A stretch of 64,000 nt of DNA from an uncultured Nitrospiraceae bacterium (GTDB lineage Bacteria > Nitrospirota > Thermodesulfovibrionia > Thermodesulfovibrionales > Dissulfurispiraceae), in assembly GCA_947085205.1 (NCBI GenBank), contig CAMTVO010000020.1, positions 1-64,000 on the forward strand, read 5' to 3'. A model generated the notes under the pieces. That model saw only the letters and a list, made by a program, of their open reading frames with translations, ran no database searches and was not told where the DNA came from. A program made the position numbers and the translations under genes. Below are positions 8,920 to 18,184 of the stretch, piece by piece. How positions within the stretch are numbered: position 1 is the stretch's first letter; each line of letters opens with the position of its first letter.

Positions 8920-8946
8920 CGTAAGGGGGACTTCGTCCCCCTTACG
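8920..8946 (+). terminator. stem-loop ending the redox operon
   Basis: CGTAAGGGGGA-CTTCG-TCCCCCTTACG, 11-bp stem right after stop 8918; no clear U-tract on +. Confidence 0.55.
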
Positions 8947-9060
8947 AAAACCCCCTTATTGGTCTAATGTCATTACCCCATTCCCGCAATGCCTTCAAAA
9001 CAATTTTATATACCTATTAATCAGCAGTAAAAAATTAACTTCTTGATATATAATAATAAG

Positions 9061-10626
9061 ATGTTTCGAAACATTTATTTTGACATTCTCAGCAATATCT
9101 CCGACGGAGTCTATTACATCAACAATGACAGAAAAATAGAATACTGGAATAAGGGCGCTGAAATACTTACCGGATACACATCTGAAGATGTCAAGGGAAA
9201 GAATTGCGATGAGGCGCTCTCTTTTGAGGACGAGTCTGGAACAAAGCTGCCTGCATATGAATACCCTGCAATCCTTTGTCTTCAGTCATCCCGCAATGCA
9301 GTAAAAAGCCTTTTCCTCGTAGACAAAAACAAGGATAAGAGATATATAGAAGAGCAGGTATCGCCTGTTTTCAGGGGCGGTAAGGTGATAGGCGCTGTCT
9401 CTGTTTTAAGGGATAATTCAAGGACGTTCTCTGCTGTCGAGGCATATATAAAGAGCCAGAGGAGGGACAGGCTGGTGCCCATATGCGCATGGTGCAAGAA
9501 GATAAAGATAAGCGAAAACTCATGGGAGCAGATAGAAAAACACCTTACCGATGAAGGGTTTGGTGTATTCACACACGGCATGTGCCCTGATTGTGCTGAT
9601 AAGATATTTGAAAAGAGGGTCTATCTTGAAAGTTATCAGAATATCTGCAAGGCTATAAGCTCAAGTCTTTCCCTTAATGAGGTGTTAAATCTTATAGTGA
9701 CTAATGCCGTTAAGGTGATGAATGTGAAGGCAAGCATGCTAAGGCTTCTGAATAAGGAGACACAGAAATTAGAGGTTGCTGCGCACTATGGATTGAGCGA
9801 AAGGTATGTAAATAAAGGTCAGGTAGAGTATGATAAAAGCATAGAAGATGTCTTATTGGGCAAAGCAGTATCTATCTATGACATCACCTCTGATGCTAAT
9901 GCCAAATACCGCAATGAGGCAGAGGGAGAAGGGATAAGGAGTATATTATCCATTCCTGTTAAAGTCAAAAAGGAAGTGATAGGCGTTCTCAGGATGTACA
10001 CTGCCGAGCCTGTGAAGTATAAGGATGAAGATTTGAAATTTATGACAGCAATAGCAGAACAGGCTGCTATAGCCATAATGAATGCGAGGATGTTCGAGAC
10101 CACCGTATCCTGCGCAAGGGAGTATCTGAGAGTGTTTGAAGAGGTGACAAAGGCTGTCAGCTCTACATTAAGGTTGAATGAGGTGCTTACCCTCATTGTG
10201 AGCAAGCTGCCTGAGGTAATGAATCTGAAGGCTGCTACAATAAGGCTGCTCGATTCCACAGGACAGAAGTTAGAACTGGCTGCTGCCTATGGACTTAGCG
10301 AGAAATACCTTGGAAGGGGGCCTGTTGATACAGAGGAGAATGTAAGGGAGGCGCTCCAGACAAGACCTGTTGCCATATATGATGTGAGCACGGACCAGAG
10401 GATTCATTATCAAAAAGAGTCAATGGAGGAAGGGATAAAGAGCATGCTCACACTTCCCATAATTGCGAAGGATAAGGTGATAGGAGTTTTAAGGCTCCTC
10501 ACAGATAGCCCCCGTCAGTTTACAGAAGAAGATATCGCTTTCTCGGCATCTCTTGCAGAGGTCTGCGGCACTGCAATCGAGAATGCAAGGATGTATGAAC
10601 AGCTTCATAAAACGACAAGTATATAA
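9061..10626 (+). CDS. PAS + Cys/His metal-finger + tandem GAF sensor protein without output domain
   Basis: PAS (ISDGVYYIN...YWNKGAEILTGY), ICAWCKK...THGMCPDC, and two similar GAF repeats (SSLSLNEVLNLIV...GVLRMY...AIAIMNARMF; STLRLNEVLTLIV...GVLRLL...AIENARMY). Confidence 0.85.
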   Translation: MFRNIYFDILSNISDGVYYINNDRKIEYWNKGAEILTGYTSEDVKGKNCDEALSFEDESGTKLPAYEYPAILCLQSSRNAVKSLFLVDKNKDKRYIEEQVSPVFRGGKVIGAVSVLRDNSRTFSAVEAYIKSQRRDRLVPICAWCKKIKISENSWEQIEKHLTDEGFGVFTHGMCPDCADKIFEKRVYLESYQNICKAISSSLSLNEVLNLIVTNAVKVMNVKASMLRLLNKETQKLEVAAHYGLSERYVNKGQVEYDKSIEDVLLGKAVSIYDITSDANAKYRNEAEGEGIRSILSIPVKVKKEVIGVLRMYTAEPVKYKDEDLKFMTAIAEQAAIAIMNARMFETTVSCAREYLRVFEEVTKAVSSTLRLNEVLTLIVSKLPEVMNLKAATIRLLDSTGQKLELAAAYGLSEKYLGRGPVDTEENVREALQTRPVAIYDVSTDQRIHYQKESMEEGIKSMLTLPIIAKDKVIGVLRLLTDSPRQFTEEDIAFSASLAEVCGTAIENARMYEQLHKTTSI

Positions 10627-11353
10627 GAGCAAAAGCGATGCTCTCGAAGAGAGGGAAGACCTCATAGCTATCGAAAAGAGGCTGAAGGTCTCCGTGAACG
10701 GCAAGGAGGTCTTGAGCCTCTACTGCACGCCTCTTATGGTAAGGGAACTGGTTGTAGGCATGTTCATGACCGAGGATATAATCAAAGGCGGATGGTGCGC
10801 AGAGAGAATGTCCATCGAGTACGGAGATGATGTTTTGGTTGATATACCTGCAGAAGGCGAGGTCTCAACCGATGGCGCTGTCATCACATCAGGCTGCATC
10901 GGCGGTATAACATTTCCAAAGAGATTGTCCCTCCAGAAAATAGACGACCCGTTTCAGATAAAGATGAGCGCATTAAAGGAATTGTTCAGGAGATTCCAGA
11001 ACGCCTCGGAGCTTTATAAATCCACAGGATGTGTCCACAGCGCTGGACTCAGCGACGATCATGAAATTTTATGCCTTGCAGAGGACATCGGAAGGCACAA
11101 TGCTGTTGACAAAGTTGTAGGGTATGCAATTCTTGAGAAGATACCCTTCTCAGGAAAAATAATGCTCGCAAGCGGAAGGCTTTCATCAGAGATTGTATCA
11201 AAGTGCGCAAAATGGGGAATACCGATAGTTGCAAGCAGGACATCTCCCACAAGCCTTGCGGTGGACATTGCAGAAAAGAGCGGGATAACTGTTGTCGGAT
11301 TCATCAGGGCAGACAGGCTGAATGTTTATACGAATCAGCAGAGGGTTATCTGA
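10595..11353 (+). CDS. fdhD: formate dehydrogenase accessory sulfurtransferase FdhD
   Basis: TSGCIGG, TGCVHSAGL, EDIGRHNAVDK, SGRLSSEIV, SPTSLAV; start inferred at ATG 10595. Confidence 0.93.
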   Translation: MNSFIKRQVYKSKSDALEEREDLIAIEKRLKVSVNGKEVLSLYCTPLMVRELVVGMFMTEDIIKGGWCAERMSIEYGDDVLVDIPAEGEVSTDGAVITSGCIGGITFPKRLSLQKIDDPFQIKMSALKELFRRFQNASELYKSTGCVHSAGLSDDHEILCLAEDIGRHNAVDKVVGYAILEKIPFSGKIMLASGRLSSEIVSKCAKWGIPIVASRTSPTSLAVDIAEKSGITVVGFIRADRLNVYTNQQRVI

Positions 11354-12428
11354 ATCTCTCTCCGCCCTTCGACAGCATCTGCATCATCTCTTCGGGAACC
11401 GGCGAGTTGTTGACAGTATCGTCGTAGGATATTAAGCCCTTTGTGTAAAGCTCATGGAGCGATTGGTTCATGGTCTGCATGCCTGAGCGCGCCTGTCCTG
11501 TCTGCATCATGGAGTATATCTGGTGGAGCTTGTCTTCCCTTATGAGATTCCTTATGGCTGGTGTAGGCACAAGGATTTCGAGGGCGAGTACCCTGCCCTG
11601 ACCGTCCTGTCTTGTGATTAGCCGCTGCGAAATTATTCCCTCAAGAACAAATGACAACTGAACCCTTATCTGCTCCTGCTGATGGGGAGAAAAGACGTCT
11701 ATTATTCTGTTAATTGTCTGGACTGCTGAATTGGTATGCAGTGTTGCCAAAGTCAGATGGCCTGTCTCAGAGATGCGAATGGCTGATTCTATTGTCTCGA
11801 GGTCGCGCATTTCGCCTATCAATACAACATCGGGGTCCTGTCTCAGGAGGTATTTGAGGGCATTCTTGAAAGAATAAGTATCGGAATTTATCTCTCTCTG
11901 GTTTATAAGGCATTTTTTGTGGCTGTGCAGAAACTCTATGGGATCTTCCACTGTTACGATGTGCGACTCCCTTTCGGAATTTATCCTGTCTATCATCGTT
12001 GCAAGGGTTGTCGATTTTCCGCTGCCTGTAGGGCCTGTAACGAGTATAAGGCCGTTGGGCTTTTTAGTAAGGTCTTCGATTATATCGGGCAGTCCGAGTT
12101 CCTGAAATGTTTTGATGTTAAAAGGTATGGCCCTGAATGCCCCTGCCACTGCTCCCCTCTGGAGAAAAATATTTGCCCTGAACCTGCTTAAACCTTTTAC
12201 TCCGAATGACAGGTCGAGCTCATTGTTCTCTTCAAATTTATGTTTCTGGGATTCGGTCAGTATGCTGTAACAGAGTTCCTTTGTGTTTTCTGGCGTAAGG
12301 GAAGGATGGTCTTCGATTGATACAAGCTTTCCTGCAATGCGGAGCCTCGGCGGACTGCCTGTTGTTATATGCAGGTCGGATGAGCCTTTTTCTATCATCC
12401 GTTTTAATAAATCAAACAATGAAGCCAT
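11346..12428 (-). CDS. pilT: type IV pilus retraction ATPase PilT
   Basis: SDLHIT, GPTGSGKSTT, EDPIEF, LRQDPDVVLIGEMRD, ETGHLTLATLHT, AIRNLIRE, GMQTMNQSL. Confidence 0.95.
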   Translation of the reverse strand: MASLFDLLKRMIEKGSSDLHITTGSPPRLRIAGKLVSIEDHPSLTPENTKELCYSILTESQKHKFEENNELDLSFGVKGLSRFRANIFLQRGAVAGAFRAIPFNIKTFQELGLPDIIEDLTKKPNGLILVTGPTGSGKSTTLATMIDRINSERESHIVTVEDPIEFLHSHKKCLINQREINSDTYSFKNALKYLLRQDPDVVLIGEMRDLETIESAIRISETGHLTLATLHTNSAVQTINRIIDVFSPHQQEQIRVQLSFVLEGIISQRLITRQDGQGRVLALEILVPTPAIRNLIREDKLHQIYSMMQTGQARSGMQTMNQSLHELYTKGLISYDDTVNNSPVPEEMMQMLSKGGERFR

Positions 12429-12436
12429 ATTGCCCC

Positions 12437-14179
12437 TCAATCCTCAAATGTCACCCTTAAAATCTCTTCAATTGTAGTTATTCCGTCCATTACTTTCTTT
12501 ATGCCGCTCTGTCGCAGAGTGAACATCCCCAGCCTTATTGCCTCCCTCTTGGTATCTGCTGATGATGCGCCCTGAAGAATTAGCTCCTTGAGAACATCTT
12601 TTACAGGCATTATCTCATAAAGCGCTATTCTTCCCTTATAGCCGGTGTTGTTGCATTCGGGACACCCCATGCCCATGTAGCATTTTACATCCTTAATTTT
12701 ATCAGCAGGAAACCCCATTTTTAAGAGTGCAGTTTCAGAGACCTCATGCTCTGCCTTGCAGTTCTGGCATATTTTTCTTGCCAGCCTCTGTGCTACTACC
12801 AGTATAACAGATGTAGATACAAGAAGAGGCTCTATCCCCATATTAATCAATCTTGTAATAGTGCTCGGTGCATCGTTTGTATGGAGTGTGCTCAGGACCA
12901 GATGGCCTGTAAGCGCTGCCTTCACAGCAATCTCTGCTGTCTCAAAGTCTCTTATCTCGCCCACCATGATGATATCCGGGTCCTGTCGCAGAAAGGAGCG
13001 AAGGGCAGAGGCAAAGGTTAGTCCTATATCTTCTTTTATCTGAACCTGATTTATTCCAAAGAAGTTATATTCGACAGGGTCTTCTGCTGTCATGATATTA
13101 ACGCCAGGCTTATTTAACTGCGAGAGCGCAGAATACAGGGTTGTTGTCTTACCGCTACCGGTAGGCCCTGTTACGAGTATCATTCCGTATGGTTTTTCGA
13201 TGGCTTCAAGAAAGTCATTGAGCGGCTTTTCATCAAACCCTAATTTTGTGAGGTCCAACTGGAGATTTGATTTGTCGAGGAGCCTCATGACTACCTTTTC
13301 TCCAAAAAGGGTCGGTAGTGTGGAGACTCTGAAGTCTATCTCTCTGTCATCGCCGAACTTGAGTTTTATCCTTCCATCCTGAGGAAGTCTCCTTTCTGAT
13401 ATATCAAGATGGGACATTATCTTTATCCTCGATGTTAAGGCGTTTTTTATTTTTATAGGCAGTTTCAGCACCGGCTGCAATACTCCGTCTATCCTGTATC
13501 TTACCCTTAGTATCTCTTCGGACGGCTCTACATGTATATCGCTTGCGTGTGATTTTATGGCATTCATCAGAATGCCGTTTGCCAGTTTCACTATCGGCGC
13601 ATCTATCTCTTTCGGTCCGTCCTTGTCTTCTTTTTCTTCTACAATAGTTATACCTTCAAGGGCGCTGCCTATCACCTTGTTCAGGTCTTCCATCTCCATG
13701 ATGTCCTTTGCGCCCTTTTTGCCGCTTACAGATACCTTCGCCTCTTTCTTCGGATAGTATTTGTCTATGGCCTCCATAATGGCGGATTCTGCGGCAACAT
13801 GCACGATTACCTTCATGCCGGACAAAAACCGCACATCATCTATCGCGAGGTTGTTGGAGGGGTCTGTAATGGCAATCCTAAGCCCGGCGCCATCTTTTGA
13901 AATAGGGATAAGCTGGTATCTTTTCGCTGTCTCGTAAGGTATAAGCTTCAGGAGCGCCGTATCAATTTTATGTTCGGAAAGGTTGATGGCAGGCGCATTG
14001 TACTGTCTGCTTAAGAAGGTGATGAGGCTCTCTTCGTTGATATAACCTAATTTCAGGAGCACAGAGCCGAGCCTTCTGCCTTCAAGCTTCTGGAGACGAA
14101 CAGCCTCATTAAGCTGCTCGTCTGTGATGAGTTTGGCCTTCAGCAAAAGCTGGCCCAATAAGGATGTCCCTACGGTCAT
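12437..14179 (-). CDS. pilB: type IV-A pilus assembly ATPase PilB
   Basis: MshEN-like N-terminus (LGQLLL, RLGSVLLKLGYI), ASDIHVEP, GPTGSGKTTT, LRQDPD, CxxC...GCPEC Zn site. Confidence 0.95.
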   Translation of the reverse strand: MTVGTSLLGQLLLKAKLITDEQLNEAVRLQKLEGRRLGSVLLKLGYINEESLITFLSRQYNAPAINLSEHKIDTALLKLIPYETAKRYQLIPISKDGAGLRIAITDPSNNLAIDDVRFLSGMKVIVHVAAESAIMEAIDKYYPKKEAKVSVSGKKGAKDIMEMEDLNKVIGSALEGITIVEEKEDKDGPKEIDAPIVKLANGILMNAIKSHASDIHVEPSEEILRVRYRIDGVLQPVLKLPIKIKNALTSRIKIMSHLDISERRLPQDGRIKLKFGDDREIDFRVSTLPTLFGEKVVMRLLDKSNLQLDLTKLGFDEKPLNDFLEAIEKPYGMILVTGPTGSGKTTTLYSALSQLNKPGVNIMTAEDPVEYNFFGINQVQIKEDIGLTFASALRSFLRQDPDIIMVGEIRDFETAEIAVKAALTGHLVLSTLHTNDAPSTITRLINMGIEPLLVSTSVILVVAQRLARKICQNCKAEHEVSETALLKMGFPADKIKDVKCYMGMGCPECNNTGYKGRIALYEIMPVKDVLKELILQGASSADTKREAIRLGMFTLRQSGIKKVMDGITTIEEILRVTFED

Positions 14180-14279
14180 TATTTAAAATACTTCAAAAAA
14201 ATGACTTAAGTCAAACAGACTTAGCCTATTCACTTAATCTTGACTTTTCATGCCATAAAATTTTATTGTTTAAATTCAT

Positions 14280-14355
14280 GGGCAGTTAGCTCAGTCGGTA
14301 GAGCAGGGGCCTGAAAAGCCCCGTGTCGGGAGTTCGATTCTCTCACTGCCCACCA
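14280..14355 (+). tRNA. tRNA-Phe (GAA)
   Basis: 76-nt cloverleaf: GGGCAGT/ACTGCCC acceptor stem, GCTC/GAGC D-stem, GGGGC-CTGAAAA-GCCCC anticodon arm, TTCGATT T-loop, encoded CCA. Confidence 0.97.
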
Positions 14356-15383
14356 TTTATTTTTATCATCCCTGCTCTCCCAAGGTCGCCTTCGACCGAA
14401 TATTTATATTCATGAAAAAGCCTTATAACCCATAGATTTGTCATCAGATGTTGAGTAATACATGCGGTGGTAAATACCGATTCCCCTTTGCACATGGACA
14501 GATATAAGACTATCTGGTCCGAAAGATGGGAATCAAAGGCTGCGTTGCTTGAATAATACCTAAGAAAGTCTGCTGCTGCTGCTTCTCCCACTGCTTCTGC
14601 GCGCTTTCCCCTTTCGCCTATAGATGTAAATCCTGAAACTGAATTCTCTGATTCGGCCTTTAAAAATACAAACGTGCCTTGTCCTGGAGTGGGCGTCTCT
14701 ACGATTTTCATATCGACTGACGGAAGTCCTGCTGCTTCGGAATATATTTTTTCTGACGCAGATTTTTTCTGCCTCTCTGCTATGTGCAGCGGGAGATTGC
14801 CTGCCCCCGAATATCCGCTCAATCTCAAAATCTCCCCTCTTTCTATGATTTTTATAGGCTTGATGTCCTTTGCGGGGAATATCTCTGCAATCACTTTCCC
14901 TCCTCCCTTTGGATAGAACCCGTAAGATTCGATTGTTGGTCTTATTGTTATTCCGAGTCTTTCCAAAATTGGGACAAAAACTTCAGAGATGTAATGAAAT
15001 GGCGGACTGTATGGGACATGTGTTCCACCTTTTAGAACAACGGTTGTCTTCTCTTTCAGGGAAATCAGAGACGGAATGATTGTCTGCAAAACCAGTGAGG
15101 TTGAGCCTGCAGTGCCTATATCGAAGAAGAAGTCTCCTCCTTTTACCTCCTTTGGTGAGAATGTAAGTTCTGTCGAGCCTTTGAAATCACCCGTCACCCG
15201 AGCATCAGAGAGGAGTTGTGCTGCCCTCACGCAGGTAAGGTGCTGCGGCATGAGCCCTGGATTTTTCCTGCCCTTTCTGATGTTGAATATTCGGAATGGC
15301 TTATTAAAGAGGCAAGAAAGGCTGAGAGCTGTCCTTAATATTTGTCCTCCGCCTTCTCCAAAACTCCCGTCTATCTCTATCAT
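14343..15383 (-). CDS. rtcA: RNA 3'-terminal phosphate cyclase RtcA
   Basis: IDGSFGEGGGQILR, IRKGRKNPGL, GGTHVP, GFYPKGGG, DSHLSDQ (catalytic His), HLMTN. Confidence 0.95.
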   Translation of the reverse strand: MIEIDGSFGEGGGQILRTALSLSCLFNKPFRIFNIRKGRKNPGLMPQHLTCVRAAQLLSDARVTGDFKGSTELTFSPKEVKGGDFFFDIGTAGSTSLVLQTIIPSLISLKEKTTVVLKGGTHVPYSPPFHYISEVFVPILERLGITIRPTIESYGFYPKGGGKVIAEIFPAKDIKPIKIIERGEILRLSGYSGAGNLPLHIAERQKKSASEKIYSEAAGLPSVDMKIVETPTPGQGTFVFLKAESENSVSGFTSIGERGKRAEAVGEAAAADFLRYYSSNAAFDSHLSDQIVLYLSMCKGESVFTTACITQHLMTNLWVIRLFHEYKYSVEGDLGRAGMIKINGGQ

Positions 15384-15423
15384 GCTTTATAATATCACAC
15401 GCCTGAAATTATAGCTTTTTACG

Positions 15424-15441
15424 GGTAAAATTCCCTTGACT
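15424..15441 (+). promoter_or_regulatory. locus motif copy 1 (degenerate) plus -35
   Basis: GGTAAAATTCCC immediately followed by TTGACT, upstream of the first locus gene; -10 box less clear. Confidence 0.55.
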
Positions 15442-15510
15442 TTTTAATCAATTAAGTAATAATAAAGCTATAAAAATATCGAGGTCTCTAAACAGTGGAG
15501 GGGTTTTCAT

Positions 15511-16560
15511 ATGAAACGGATTGTTTTTATCGGCGTTATATTCCTGCTATTTTTTATCTTTTCTTCATATAGCGAGGGCGCTCCTATCGGCAAAATATCG
15601 GAAATAAGCGGGAAGGTCTTATTCAGGGAAAAGGCCAATGTTCCTTATGATGATGCTAAAAAAGGACTTGATCTCGAAAAGGGCTGGTGGATAAAGACAG
15701 GCGCTGACGGATGGGCGGTCTTGTCATTGTCCGACAAGAGTAAACTGACGCTCGCCAATAATACCGAGATCGAAATCACCGAGTTTGTCATAGGCAAGGA
15801 CAAAAAGGACGGCGTATTCAGCGTAACGCAGGGCAAGCTGAGGGCATCCGTTACGAGGCTTGCAGGTGAGAGGGTGAATTATAAGATAAAGAGCCCCACA
15901 GCAGTTGCCGGAATTAAAGGCACCGAGTTTATGATGATGACACAGGGTCTTGCCAATGTGTTTTTTGGAAACGAAGGACAAGTGGAGATTTCAGGTGATA
16001 CAACTCCTTCAAAACCCCTACGTGTTGATACAATGGTACAGAATACAAGGAGCTATACACCCACAGACCCGGTGAAGGTCGAGCCCGACACGCCGCTTTA
16101 CACGGCCAAGAAAAACTTCGAGGAGATAACGGAAGCCGCGCCTCCAAAGGAGTGGGAGCTTTCCGGCAACCTGCCGAACATTATAGCAAGGTGGAATATA
16201 AATTACGGCCGTTATCTTGCCGACTCCGGAAGATATGAGGAAGCCATTTACGTATTTCAGATAGCCCTCGATTTAACAAGCCTGCCTGACATAAGAAGCG
16301 ACGCGCGGCTCGAAAGAGGAGCGGTTTATTCGAGATTTTTAAGGAATCCGGAAGCCGCCCTTGCGGAATATCTTTTGGTGATAGAAACATATCCGGTAGT
16401 TACACAGAGGGAAACTGCGCTTTATCTTGCCGGCATGACCCTTTACGAACTCGGATTTGCGGATCGGGCAAAGGAAAAACTCATGCAGTATAAAAAAGAA
16501 TATCCGTCGGGAAAACATATCAGTAATGTCGAGACAATACTGAATTTGTTAAGCAAGTAG
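15511..16560 (+). CDS. exported FecR-domain + TPR protein
   Basis: Signal peptide; IKTGADG...LANNTEI...GKLRA...SPTAVAGIKGTEF FecR-type motifs; helical TPR-like C-terminus. Confidence 0.85.
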   Translation: MKRIVFIGVIFLLFFIFSSYSEGAPIGKISEISGKVLFREKANVPYDDAKKGLDLEKGWWIKTGADGWAVLSLSDKSKLTLANNTEIEITEFVIGKDKKDGVFSVTQGKLRASVTRLAGERVNYKIKSPTAVAGIKGTEFMMMTQGLANVFFGNEGQVEISGDTTPSKPLRVDTMVQNTRSYTPTDPVKVEPDTPLYTAKKNFEEITEAAPPKEWELSGNLPNIIARWNINYGRYLADSGRYEEAIYVFQIALDLTSLPDIRSDARLERGAVYSRFLRNPEAALAEYLLVIETYPVVTQRETALYLAGMTLYELGFADRAKEKLMQYKKEYPSGKHISNVETILNLLSK

Positions 16561-16593
16561 GTTTAAAAATTTTCGTTTAATCAGAGGGTTGAT

Positions 16594-17460
16594 ATGAAAA
16601 ATTGGTATGTGGCCACAGCATTAGTGTTGCTTGTTTTTACAACCAACCTCTATGCCGCGCAATCCACAATTGCGCAAGGCGAAGGCTATGCGTGCATGGG
16701 AGAGGATAAGTCCAAGAGGCAGACCGAACAGGCTGCGGAAGCCGACGCAAAGAGAAAGGCGATGGAATCCGCATCGAGCTATATAAAGAGCGAGACCCAT
16801 GTCAAAGACTTCGAGCTTGAAAAGGATCTGGTTTCGGCTTATACGAATGCAACTTTAAAGAATATCAGGGTGCTTGAGAAGGGCTGGTATAAAGACCCTT
16901 CGTCGGGAGACTGCTATAAGATAAAGATCAGCGCCGAAGTAGTTCCGGACGAAAAAGCGATGGAAAAAGTTTCGAAGTCCAAACAGGTCATGGATGATCC
17001 TTCAGCGCCCCTTGCGATTCAACTCTGGACGGATAAAAAGGAATATGCAAGCGGGGATAAGGTAAGGGTTTACATCAAAGGCAATAAGCCGTTTTACGCC
17101 GTTGTTATTTATAAAGACGTCAAAGGAGAAATGCTCCAGCTTTTGCCGAACCCTTACAGGGCGGATAACTATTTCAGCGGCGGTGTTGTTTATGAGATCC
17201 CTTCGGGCAATGACCGTTTCGAGCTTGAGGTTAGCCCTCCGTTCGGCGAAGAAAACATATATGTCTATGCAAGCACGTCCCCTTTGGGCGATATCAAACT
17301 CAAGGCTGAAGGCGGGGTTTATCAGGTTAAGACAAAAGAGAAGGACATAGGCGGCATGACGAGGGCGGTTAAACTTAAGGAAAAGACAGGCAGCAAGGCC
17401 TCGGCGGCATCTGAGTTCTTTGAAGAAAAGGCTGTTTTAAAGACAGGGAGGGAAAAATGA
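16594..17460 (+). CDS. exported protein, FlgT-N/LPP20-like domain + DUF4384-like domain
   Basis: Signal peptide; AQGEGY...AEADAKRKAME module; WTDKKEY..GD.V...QLLPN...PPFGEE.IYVYAS. Confidence 0.75.
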   Translation: MKNWYVATALVLLVFTTNLYAAQSTIAQGEGYACMGEDKSKRQTEQAAEADAKRKAMESASSYIKSETHVKDFELEKDLVSAYTNATLKNIRVLEKGWYKDPSSGDCYKIKISAEVVPDEKAMEKVSKSKQVMDDPSAPLAIQLWTDKKEYASGDKVRVYIKGNKPFYAVVIYKDVKGEMLQLLPNPYRADNYFSGGVVYEIPSGNDRFELEVSPPFGEENIYVYASTSPLGDIKLKAEGGVYQVKTKEKDIGGMTRAVKLKEKTGSKASAASEFFEEKAVLKTGREK

Positions 17461-18184
17461 AGAATGCGATCATAGCCGTATTAGCCGCGCTGTTTTTTGT
17501 TCCATGCGCTGAAATAAAGGCTGCCGAGCCTCCTTCGGAGCCGATACTCCGCATAGAGACCGGAATGCACACGTCGGCGATAAAGAGGATAGGCATCGAC
17601 GCTGAGAACAGATACCTTGCCACAGGGGCCGACGACAAAACCGTCCGCATATGGGATTTATCCACAGGCAGGCTGATAAAGATATTGAGGATTCCGGTGG
17701 GAGACGGCAACGAGGGCAAGGTTTACGCGCTTGCAATGTCTCCGGACGGCAAGACTATCGCATGCGCCGGGTGGACGGGACAGCAGTGGGATAACATGTA
17801 TGCCTCGGTCTATTTATTCGACCGTGAAAGCGGAAGACTTATAAAAAGGATAAAAGGGATATCTGCCGCCATCTTCAATCTCACTTATTCACAGGTGTGA
17901 TAAATGAGCTTGCGAGTGCTGAAAACGGAGCGATAGTCTTTGCCGCGTCAACAGGCAATCAATATTCGCTTGAAGACAGGGCATGGAGAAACGGCGCGTT
18001 CACAAAGGCGTTAGTCGAGGGCATAAGCGGAAAGGCCGATTACACAGGAAAGGGGAAGATAACAATAAACATGCTTGACCTGTATCTATCAGAGAGGGTA
18101 AAGGAATTGACAAGGGGAAAACAGACGCCGACCACAACAAAGCCGAATACTATCTCTGATTTTCCTGTGGCAGTGAAGAAATAA
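17457..18184 (+). pseudogene. internally deleted WD40-caspase gene (WD40 N-fragment 17457-17900, caspase C-fragment 17897-18184)
   Basis: Signal peptide + EPILRIETGMHT...ATGADDKTVRIWD, ending abruptly; next frame has VFAASTGNQYSLED..WRNGAFTKALVEG...QTP, the caspase C-terminal half without the His/Cys dyad. Confidence 0.8.

Noticed and set aside
14280..14355. tRNA-Phe as the integration site of the accessory locus
   Set aside because: rtcA lies between the tRNA and the locus, no integrase is present, and I found no duplicate of the tRNA 3' end.
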